From assembly GCA_036522595.1 (NCBI GenBank), contig DATDFL010000288.1:10414-74413 (forward strand): a stretch of DNA of 64,000 nt. Reading direction: 5' to 3'. The notes under the pieces were generated by a model, which did not search any database, was not told the DNA's origin, and was given only the letters and a program-made list of their open reading frames with translations. Positions 53,163 through 61,700 of this stretch are shown here, piece by piece. Position 1 is the stretch's first letter. Each line of letters begins with the position of its first letter. Origin of the DNA: Gaiellaceae bacterium. GTDB lineage: Bacteria > Actinomycetota > Thermoleophilia > Gaiellales > Gaiellaceae. The translations under genes were made by a program, and so were the position numbers.

Positions 53163-54008
53163 CTAGGCCAGCGCGCGCTCGAAAAATGTGGTGACGCGCT
53201 CGCCGGTCGTGGGCCCACCTGGCGCAAGCGTCTCCCCGTGCTTCGCGCCCGGAATTCGCCAGAGCTCCGCACCCGGCGCTGCAGAGAGGAGCGCGTCCGA
53301 GTCCTCCGGCAAGACCACGTCGTCGTCTGACCCGTGGATCAAGAGCACCGGCCGTCCGGCCAGCCGCTGCATCGCCTCCACCGGCCGGAGCTTGTCCAGG
53401 TCGATCCCGGTGCGCCACTCCGCGAACTTGAGAGACAGCCGGGAAAAGTGATCCCGAGGGTTCCAGCTGGGCCGCAGCCAGCTCTTCGCGGTCCGCCACG
53501 CGGAGTCGGCAACGACCGCCTTGATCCGTGGCTCGCGGGCCGCCGCCAAGAGCGTCGTCGCGCCCCCCATCGAGAACCCGAGCGCCCCGATCCGTTCCGC
53601 GTCCACGTCGTCTCGCCCGCTGAGGTAGTCGACGACCGAGACGAGATCGTCCTGCTCCTTCGCGCCGAAGGTCACCTGGCCGCGCAGGTTGTACGTGAAG
53701 ACCGTGAAGCCGCTCTTGTGGAGCGCGTCGGCGACCGGCAGCATCTCGTCCTGGCTGCCGCCGTAGCCATGGGTCAGCACGACCGTCGCGCGCTCGCGGC
53801 CCGGGAAGAAGCGGCCGGCAAGGGTCGCGCCGGTGCTCGTCTCGACCCGAACGTCCTCCGGTTTGAGCTGCTGGTAATCGGCGAGGCTCCACGCGTACTG
53901 CGGCGGTCCTGGGTGGATCGCCCGGGACGAGGCCCGCCAGGCGAGCGCCGTCAGGCCGGCGGCCACGACGAGCACCAGCACGACGACGACCGCGATCGCG
54001 ATCTTCAT
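53163..54008 (-). CDS. membrane-anchored alpha/beta hydrolase
   Basis: N-terminal [27 protein letters not shown] oxyanion motif VVLTHGYGG and nucleophile elbow [10 protein letters not shown] overlap with the upstream acetyltransferase. Confidence 0.8.
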   Translation of the reverse strand: MKIAIAVVVVLVLVVAAGLTALAWRASSRAIHPGPPQYAWSLADYQQLKPEDVRVETSTGATLAGRFFPGRERATVVLTHGYGGSQDEMLPVADALHKSGFTVFTYNLRGQVTFGAKEQDDLVSVVDYLSGRDDVDAERIGALGFSMGGATTLLAAAREPRIKAVVADSAWRTAKSWLRPSWNPRDHFSRLSLKFAEWRTGIDLDKLRPVEAMQRLAGRPVLLIHGSDDDVVLPEDSDALLSAAPGAELWRIPGAKHGETLAPGGPTTGERVTTFFERALA

Positions 54009-54499
54009 CGCGCCTGTGCGAGGACGCGGGCCGGGCTTCCCGCAACGGTTGCCCCTGCCGGCACGTCGCGCGTCACGACCGCGCCGGCGCCGACGATGGC
54101 GCCCTCGCCGATCCGGATCCCGCCGAGGATGACCGCACCCGACCCGAGCGAGGCGCGCCGTTCGACGATCGTCGGCAGCAGCTCCCAGTCGTCGTCCGTC
54201 TGCAGCGCGCCCTCGTCGGTGGTCGCGTGGGGCCGCTTGTCGTTGATGAACATCACGCCGTGGCCGACGAAGACCTCGTCGGCGATCTCGACCCCGGTGC
54301 AGATGAACGTGTGGCTCTGGACCTTGCAGCGGGCGCCGACGGTCACGCCGCGCTGGATCTCGACGAACGGGCCGACGCGGGTCTCGTCGCCGATCGCGCA
54401 GCCGTAGAGGTTCGTGAACGCCTGCACGACGACGCCGTCGCCGAACTGGACGTCGTTGAGCAGCCGGTAGGGAGCGTCGTTGACGGGCCCGTCAGCCAT
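54005..54499 (-). CDS. left-handed beta-helix sugar N-acetyltransferase (WbpD/PglD/WxcM-C-like)
   Basis: Hexapeptide repeats ([53 protein letters not shown]). The start overlaps the aminotransferase stop by 8 nt. Confidence 0.8.
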   Translation of the reverse strand: MADGPVNDAPYRLLNDVQFGDGVVVQAFTNLYGCAIGDETRVGPFVEIQRGVTVGARCKVQSHTFICTGVEIADEVFVGHGVMFINDKRPHATTDEGALQTDDDWELLPTIVERRASLGSGAVILGGIRIGEGAIVGAGAVVTRDVPAGATVAGSPARVLAQAR

Positions 54500-55622
54500 C
54501 GAAGAACGCCGACACGGCCGCAACGACCGCCTCCGCGTCGTCGATCGACATCCCGGGAAACATCGGCAGCGAGAGCACGCGTTCCCCGTGACGCTCCGCG
54601 AGCGGGAACGAGCCGGGGCCGTAGCCGAGCCAGCGATAGGCCTGCGTCAGGTGCACGGCGTCGGGATAGTGCCTGCCGGTGCCGATCCCGCGCGAGCGGA
54701 GGAACTCCCCCAGCGCTGCCGGGTCGGCCGTGCGCACGACGAAGAGGTGCCACACCGGCGAGCTGTTCAGTGGGACCGGCGGCAGCTCGAGGTCGCCCAC
54801 GCCGGCGAGGCGCTCGAGGTAGTACGACGCAATCGCCCGGCGCTGGTCGTTCCAGTCGTCCAACCGTGCGAGCTTCGCGAGGAGCACGATCGCCTGGATG
54901 GTGTCCAGGCGGCCGGTCCAGCCCTCGCGCTCGTGCTCGTACTTCGCTCGCTGCCCGTGCTCGCGCAGCGACTTCAGGGCTGCCGCGAGCTCGGGATCGT
55001 TCGTCGTCACCGCACCCGCGTCCCCGAACGCGCCCAGGTTCTTGCCCGGGTAGAAGCTGAATGCCGACCACGCGCCCTTCGTGCCGGCGCGGATGCCGTC
55101 GCGGTCGGCCCCGTGCGCCTGGCAGGCGTCCTCGACGAGGATCAGCCCACGGCGCTCGGCGAGCTCGGCCAGCGGGCGCAGGTCGGCCATCTGGCCGTAG
55201 AGGTGCACCGGCATCAGGAAGCGCGTGCGCTCGCCGACGGCCGCCTCGGCGGCGGAGACATCGATGTTCCAGTCCGCCTCCGACATTTCGACCGGCACCG
55301 GGCGCCCGCCCGCCTGCGTCACGGCCTCGAGGGTCGCGACGAAGGTGTTCGCCGGGACGATCACCTCGTCGCCCGGCTCGATCCCGGAGGCGATCAGCCC
55401 GAGACGCAGTGCGTCGAGCCCGCTCGCGAGCCCGATCGCGGTCGACGTGCCCACGTACTCGGCGAATGCCTCCTCGAACTCGCGCACGGCCGGGCCGTTG
55501 ATGAACGCGTTCGAGTCGATCAGCGCCGAAAAGGACTCGAGCAGCTCCTCCTTCAGGGCGCCGTGCATCGCGCCCAGGTCGAGAAAGGGCACGCGGATCT
55601 CGACGGTCTCAGCCATTGCCAT
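54492..55622 (-). CDS. DegT/DnrJ/EryC1/StrS-family PLP-dependent sugar aminotransferase
   Basis: [33 protein letters not shown] and [16 protein letters not shown] (PLP Lys). Confidence 0.92.
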   Translation of the reverse strand: MAMAETVEIRVPFLDLGAMHGALKEELLESFSALIDSNAFINGPAVREFEEAFAEYVGTSTAIGLASGLDALRLGLIASGIEPGDEVIVPANTFVATLEAVTQAGGRPVPVEMSEADWNIDVSAAEAAVGERTRFLMPVHLYGQMADLRPLAELAERRGLILVEDACQAHGADRDGIRAGTKGAWSAFSFYPGKNLGAFGDAGAVTTNDPELAAALKSLREHGQRAKYEHEREGWTGRLDTIQAIVLLAKLARLDDWNDQRRAIASYYLERLAGVGDLELPPVPLNSSPVWHLFVVRTADPAALGEFLRSRGIGTGRHYPDAVHLTQAYRWLGYGPGSFPLAERHGERVLSLPMFPGMSIDDAEAVVAAVSAFFDG

Positions 55623-55635
55623 CAGCGTATCCCGG

Positions 55636-56715
55636 TTAGCCGACGAGCTCGCTGACGTCGACGCGCGCGCCGTCGGCCTCGAGCGACTCGTCCACGGACT
55701 CGATGATGCGCACGACGTCGAGCCCGATCTGCGCGCTGGAGCGAGGCGTCTCGCCCGTCCGGATTGCGGAGCAGAAGTCGCCGAGCTCGATGAAGAGCGG
55801 CTCCGCGGCCGGCACGTTCGGCGAGACGATGTCGCCGGTGCGGTAGCTGAGCCGGTACTCGCCGAAGGTCTCGGGGTTCGGCAGGTCGACGCCGCTGTCG
55901 AAGACGCGCACGGGCTCGTTGCTCGTGTCGTCGTAGACGACCATCTTCTGCGAGCCCACGATCGTCGTGCGCCTGAGCTTGCTCGGCGCGAGCCAGGAGA
56001 GCTCGACGTGGGCGATCGTGCCCGAGGGGAACTCGAGGTTGATGAACGCGACGTCGGGCATGTTCGGGATCACGCAGCTGCGGCTGAGCGCGCTGACGTG
56101 CCGCGGGGTCTCGTCGAGCCAGTAGCGCAGGATCGAGAAGTCGTGCGGGCCGAGGTCCCACGCGACGCTGACGTCGCTCTGGTGCAGGCCGAGGTTCACG
56201 CGGCTCGTCGAGATGAAGTAGATGTCGCCGAGGTCGCCGTTCGTGATCAGGTCCCGGATCGTGTTGACCGGCGGGCTGTAGAGGAAGGTGTGGCCGGGCA
56301 TCAGGACGAGGTTGCGCTCGGCTGCGCGCTCCAGGAGGTCGCGCGCCTCCACGGCCGATGCGGCGAGCGGCTTCTCGATGAAGACGTGCTTGCCGGCGTC
56401 GAGTGCCTTGACGGCGAGTGGGTAATGCGTCGAGACGGGCGTCGCCAGTGCGATCGCGTCGATCGAGTCGTCGGCGATCACCTCGTCGAAGGAGGTAGTC
56501 GTGGCGACGGCCGGATAGCGCCGGGAGATCGCGTCCAGCGCCTCCTGGCGCATGTCGCAGACCGCCGACAGCTCGGAGTCCGGCAGCTCGTGCAGGTTGC
56601 GGACGAGGTTCGGCCCCCAGTAGCCGAGGCCGACGACCGCGACGCGCGGCGTCAAGGGCATCCGCACCAGCGGAAAATGCTCGTTCACGTGGCCGTTTCC
56701 GTTGCCGTCGCTCAC
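55636..56715 (-). CDS. Gfo/Idh/MocA-family NAD-dependent sugar oxidoreductase (WbpB-like)
   Basis: Rossmann motif RVAVVGLGYWGPNL, plus EKPLA and GDLGDIYF. The GTG at 56715 has a GGAGGG SD and a GTGA overlap with the upstream stop. An alternative ATG lies at 56661. The 742-aa ORF in the track is a read-through artefact. Confidence 0.85.
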   Translation of the reverse strand: MSDGNGNGHVNEHFPLVRMPLTPRVAVVGLGYWGPNLVRNLHELPDSELSAVCDMRQEALDAISRRYPAVATTTSFDEVIADDSIDAIALATPVSTHYPLAVKALDAGKHVFIEKPLAASAVEARDLLERAAERNLVLMPGHTFLYSPPVNTIRDLITNGDLGDIYFISTSRVNLGLHQSDVSVAWDLGPHDFSILRYWLDETPRHVSALSRSCVIPNMPDVAFINLEFPSGTIAHVELSWLAPSKLRRTTIVGSQKMVVYDDTSNEPVRVFDSGVDLPNPETFGEYRLSYRTGDIVSPNVPAAEPLFIELGDFCSAIRTGETPRSSAQIGLDVVRIIESVDESLEADGARVDVSELVG

Positions 56716-58307
56716 GCGGTGGCCCTCCGGTTGAGAACCTGGAGCGGCGTCCGGCAGAGGAGCCGCAGGTCGAGCCCGAGCGACCAGCCGCGCGCGTAGG
56801 CGACGTCCATGTCGAGCGCCTCCTTGAACGTCGACTGGGCGCGGGCGGTGACCTGCCACAACCCGGTGATCCCGGCCGGGACGAGGAAGCGGTCGTAGTG
56901 GTGCGGCTCGAAGTGCTCGGTCTCCCAGTCGATGCACGGCCGCGGGCCGACGAGCGACATGTCGCCGCGCAGCACGTTGATCAGCTGCGGCAGCTCGTCG
57001 AGGCTCGTCGCTCGGAGCCAGCGGCCGGAGCGGGTGACGGCGTCGCCGCGGTCGAGCTTGTACATGCCGTTGGTCGTCTTCGCGGTCGTCGGGTCCATCA
57101 GCGTCTTGATGAACTCGCGGTGGGCGGAGTCGTCGTTGTCGACCTTCATCGTCCGGAACTTGAGAACCTCGAACTCGCGCTGGTCCTGGCCGAGCCGCTT
57201 CTGGCGGAAGAAGATCGGGCCCGGCGAGTCGAGCTTGACCCGCAGCGCGATGAACGCGAACAGCGGCGCGGTCAGCAGCAGCGCGACGCCTGCGACGGTG
57301 GCGTCGATCGCGCGCTTGATCCAGCGCGAGGAGCGGGTGAGGCTCGGCGGAGGCAGCTCGACGAGCGGCAGGCCCTCGAGCGTGTCCACCTTGACGCCCG
57401 GGCCGACGAGCTCGAAGAGGCGCGGGACGATGTCGATCTGGACGTTGTGCTCGTTCAGCGAGCGGACGACCTCGAGGGTTTCCTCGGCGGAGTTGTTCGA
57501 GAAGGCGACGATCACGCGCTCGACGTCGAAGAGGCTGATCAGCTCGGGCAGATGGGCGGGAGCGCCGAGCACGGAGACGTGGCCGAGGCCCTCCTGCATC
57601 GCCTTCGGAGCCGTGTCGACGAAACCGACGAGGTTGATGCCGTACTCGGAGTGGCGCTGGAGCTTGCGTGCGACGCTCTGGCCCACGTCGCCGGCGCCGA
57701 CGATGATCGTGTTCTGGATGTACGTGATCCTGCTCCGGCACCAGGCGCGCGCACAGGCCCTGGTGATGCCGATCAGCGCGACCGCGAGGAACCAGAACGC
57801 GATGACCTTCGCCGTTTCCGGGTTCGCGATGTTCGTCACCGTGACCAGGGCGTAGAAGAGCCACGTGCAGACGGTCACGAGGTGGAAGACGCCGACGAGG
57901 TCGTCGGTCGTCGGGTGGTGCGTCCGCTCCTCGTCCTGGTCGTAGAGGCTGTAGAGGCGCGCGATCACGATCCAGCCCGGGAGCGTCGCCAGCAGCAAGG
58001 CGTACTCGACGGCGGGGTGGAGCACGTTGCCGGTGCCGCTGCCCGGACCGAACACGAGCTCGATCGTCAGGAACGCAACGGCGAGCCCGACCACGTCGGC
58101 GAGCACGAGCATGCGCCGGACGAGCCAGCCGCGGCGCCGCGGCGTGCGGCTCGCGTGCCGGTGGCGGAGCACCTCGAGCGTGCGCGGATCCGCGTTCGAG
58201 AACAGCTCGAACACGGAACGCGGTCGACGTACCGCAACAGGTGCTTCGATCCCGATTTCAGTCATTGCCGCTAAGTTCTCTCCCTCGTGGCCCAAGGCAC
58301 GCAGCAA
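56712..58307 (-). CDS. polyprenyl-phosphate hexose/HexNAc-1-phosphate transferase (WbaP/PglB-class large PGT, initiating enzyme)
   Basis: Four N-terminal TM segments and a CoA-binding-like Rossmann region (IIVGAGDVG). The C-terminal bacterial sugar-transferase domain has RFLVPAGITGLWQV and GPRP. An alternative start lies at 58265. Confidence 0.88.
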   Translation of the reverse strand: MLRALGHEGENLAAMTEIGIEAPVAVRRPRSVFELFSNADPRTLEVLRHRHASRTPRRRGWLVRRMLVLADVVGLAVAFLTIELVFGPGSGTGNVLHPAVEYALLLATLPGWIVIARLYSLYDQDEERTHHPTTDDLVGVFHLVTVCTWLFYALVTVTNIANPETAKVIAFWFLAVALIGITRACARAWCRSRITYIQNTIIVGAGDVGQSVARKLQRHSEYGINLVGFVDTAPKAMQEGLGHVSVLGAPAHLPELISLFDVERVIVAFSNNSAEETLEVVRSLNEHNVQIDIVPRLFELVGPGVKVDTLEGLPLVELPPPSLTRSSRWIKRAIDATVAGVALLLTAPLFAFIALRVKLDSPGPIFFRQKRLGQDQREFEVLKFRTMKVDNDDSAHREFIKTLMDPTTAKTTNGMYKLDRGDAVTRSGRWLRATSLDELPQLINVLRGDMSLVGPRPCIDWETEHFEPHHYDRFLVPAGITGLWQVTARAQSTFKEALDMDVAYARGWSLGLDLRLLCRTPLQVLNRRATA

Positions 58308-58394
58308 GGGCCGCTACGAAGGAGACTACGGCCGTCGCTCCGGCCGTCCAAGACCAGAAAGGCCAGGAACGAAGCGGGTTTGCGGCTCCGAACC

Positions 58395-58775
58395 CTAGCC
58401 TTTTCGACGGGAAGTCCAGGTTCTGCGAACGCGGGTGCTGTGCCGGGTGATTGCGGACAGCGCCAGGACCGCCGTGGCCGAGTCCGCGAGCTCGTCGTCG
58501 CGGCGCACGAAGGCGTCTGCGTCGACCTCCGCGCCGAGCTCGAGCGCCTCGGAGTCGACGTCCCGCGCGACGAGCACGACGAACGCGGACGGGTACGTCT
58601 TCCGGATTTCACTCGGCAGCGAGGCGGGCGCCGGCGGGCCCGCGTCCACGAACACGACGTCCGGGTCAGGCTTCAGCAGGCGTGGCCGGCGACCGTTCTC
58701 GGCCGGCAGGTTCTCGCCGAGGTCGCAGTGCAACTCGGGGTCGTCGCTGTGAACTGTGATGAGCAGCCTGCGCAC
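58395..58775 (-). CDS. degenerate stand-alone receiver-like protein
   Basis: The GTG at 58775 lies 14 nt after the giant gene stop. LLITVHSDDP ... PDVVFVDAG ... FVVLVARDV ... VDADAFVRRDD aligns with the receiver beta1/beta3/beta4/beta5 motifs, but Thr and Lys are substituted. Confidence 0.45.
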   Translation of the reverse strand: MRRLLITVHSDDPELHCDLGENLPAENGRRPRLLKPDPDVVFVDAGPPAPASLPSEIRKTYPSAFVVLVARDVDSEALELGAEVDADAFVRRDDELADSATAVLALSAITRHSTRVRRTWTSRRKG

Positions 58776-58789
58776 CGGATGCGGGTCCC

Positions 58790-61700
58790 CTATTGCCCGG
58801 TGAAGCGATCGAGGATGTTCTGCGTGATGCGCTGGGTCGCCGCGTTGGTGTAGTTGTGGAAGCAGCCGCAGTAGCCGTCGTTGTAGCCGTCGTCCACGCC
58901 CCAGCTCCACTGGATGGTTCCGGCGGAGAAGATCATCGCGCCGCTCGGGTGGTTCCAAAGCACCGCGTCAGACCAGACGTTGGTCGCGTTGCCGTCACCG
59001 GCGGGCACGAACGAATGGCCGACGGTGGTTGTGCCCGCGGGCTCGAATCCCGCCCACTGTGAGAGGTTCTGCGTGGTCGAGGCCCGCGAGTCGAACTCGT
59101 AGCCGATGACGCCCGGCAGCGCGTTCTGCCCCGCGCCGCTCGTGACGACGCCGCTCGTGCCGTTCCCGGTGTAGTTGGCGAGGCCGGTGCCGGCGTAAAT
59201 CCAGCTCGAGTTGTTGGTGACGAGGTACGGCCGGTCGTTGGCCACGCCCTCGAGCATGACGCCGCCGATCTGGTTCTCCGGCTGCTGCGGCGTCAGAAGC
59301 CGCCATTCGAAGGTGGTGGAGCCTGCCAGCGCGTTCTTGTCGCAGTGGATGCGGCGATTGGCCGTGCCGCTCGCGTTCGGAGCCCAGGTGATCCGGTAAT
59401 AGAAGTTGTTTGCGCTGAAGAGGGCCATGTCGACCCCGCTTGAGATGCCGTTCAGCAGGTTGTTGCGCATGTTGTCGGAGTAGTACTCGTCGTGGCCGGT
59501 GTTCATGAAGACCCGGTGACCGTTGAGCAGGGTCGGGTTCGACTCCAGGTCGACCGAGGTGACGTACGTGATGTCGTAGCCCTTCGACTCCAGGAAGCGG
59601 AGCATCGGGAAGTCCCAGTTGAAGAAGGCGCCGGCGCCGTCGGAGGCGGGCTCGCCGTCGTACGGACGGTCGAAGGAGACCGTGTAGGCGCGGCCGCCGG
59701 TGCTGTTGCCGGTGACGTCGTTGAAGCGGCCGTAGAGGTCGTAGCCGACGTTCTGGTTGTCCGAGCCGCCCCAGAAGTTGTAGGCCTGCCACGTCGTGAC
59801 GTCCATCGAGTAGACGATGGCCGCCGTGCTCGAGTCGTCGCGGACGACGAAGGTCATGTAACTCTCGAGCGTCTGGCCGTCGAGGCGGCGCAGCTTGACG
59901 ATGTAGTTGCCGGTCGTCCACGTCGTCGGGACATTGAGCGTGTAGCTCGGTGTCCAGCTGCACTCCGTGAGGCCGAAGTTCGGGTCGTTCTGCGTTGTCA
60001 CCTGCGGGCAGGTCGCCTGGTGGACGCCGTTCAGCGGGCCGACGTGCTGCATGAGGCGGCCGCCGCAGGACGGGGCGCACGAGGTGCCGTCCGGGTTCGT
60101 GCCCTGCGGGTACCAGCCCATCCGGTAGATGTCCATCGTGTACTGCGCGTTCGACGAGAGCGAGACCATGAAGTTGATCGAGCCGCCCCTGTTGACGCTC
60201 GTGGCGCTCGCGTAGCCCTCGATCTCGTGGTTCGTCGCCTTGTGATCGATGTCGAGCTGCCAGCTCGTGGTGCCCTGGTTGCGGTTCTCGAGCACGATCG
60301 GGTTCGCCGGCGGGACGGCCGGAGTGACCGGCGGTGAGGGTGCGGAGTCGGGGCCGGTGCCGATCGCGTTGATCGCGGCGACCGTGAATGTGTACGTGGT
60401 GCCGTTCGTCAGGCCGGTGACCGTGAAGCCGGTCGCTGCGCCCGGCGTGGTGACCGGAGTCCGCGCGGAGCCACCGACGTACGGCGTGATGCGGTAGTTC
60501 GTGATCGAGCTGCCGCCATCCGAGCTCGGGGCGCTCCAGGTCAGCGCGACGCCGCTATCGCGGGGCAGGCCGCTGACGCTGGTCGGCGCACCTGGCACCG
60601 CCGGGGGCGCAGGCGTTACTGGGTTGGAGGGCTGTGACTCTGCGCCGTAACCGGACGAGTTCGACGCCGCGACGGTGAACGTATAGGTCGTCCCGTTGGT
60701 GAGGCCGCTGACTGTGTAGCTCGTCTGCGTCGAGCCGGTCGCGATCGGCGTCTGCGCAACGCCGTTGATGTACGGCGTGACGCGGTAGTTGGTGATCGGG
60801 CTCCCGCCGTCGGACGCAGGCGCAGTCCAGGTGAGCGAGGCAGACTGGTTTCCGGCCGTCGCGTTCACGCCGCTCGGCGGGCCCGGAGGCGGCGCGGGAA
60901 TCGGCGTGACAGCATTGGAGGGCGAGGAGTCGGGTCCGGGTCCGGCCGCGTTCTGCGCCGCGACGGTGAAGGTGTAGGTCGTCCCGTTCGTCAGCCCGCC
61001 GAACCGGAAGCTCGTCGCCGTCGAGCCGGTCGGCAACGTCGTCTGCGCGACGCCGTTGACGTACGACGTGACCCGGTAGCCGTTGATCGGGCTGCCGCCG
61101 TCGCTCGCTGGTGCATCCCATGTCACCTGCGCGGCGCCGTCGAGCGGCGACGCCACCACGTTCTGGGGCGCGCTGGGTGGCACGGCGCCCGCCGGCGAGA
61201 CGGTGGCGACCGAGACGTCGTCGAAGTCGTTGTTGCTCAGGCCCTCGTTCCAGAGCTGGACGATCTGCAGGTTGGCGGTGTGGCTGTAGTTGCCCGTCAA
61301 GCCCCACGCCGGCTGGGACACGCCGTTCAGGTAGAGCCGCGCCGCGCCGTTCGCCGCGCCCGTGTACTGGACGCCGACCTGCACCCACGTGCTCGCGGCG
61401 GCGCTGTTGGTGCCGGTGAAGATCTCGGTGCTGGCCCCGGCGCTGTTGTACGGGTAGAAGAGGAACCCGTGGCGCGTGCCGTCGTACATCAGCAGCCACA
61501 TGTTGATGCTCGACGAGCCGTCGCGCGCCTGGGCGACCGTCACCACGCGTGAGCCGGTGCCGGGGCGGATCCAGAAGGTCGTGACGCTGTCGGAGACCGA
61601 CCCCGAGAGGACCTTGACGTCGTAGGCGTACTGCGTCTCGAGCGTTGCGATCCGGAGGCCGTACCCGCCGGTGTGGGCCGCAGCCGCGACAACCGTGCTC

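Noticed and set aside
55636-57864. 742-aa ORF fusing the oxidoreductase with an upstream extension
   Set aside because: Only the last ~360 codons are protein-like (Rossmann motif onward). The extension overlaps the well-supported sugar-transferase gene in another frame. A GTG with a GGAGGG SD at 56715 gives a normal-length protein.
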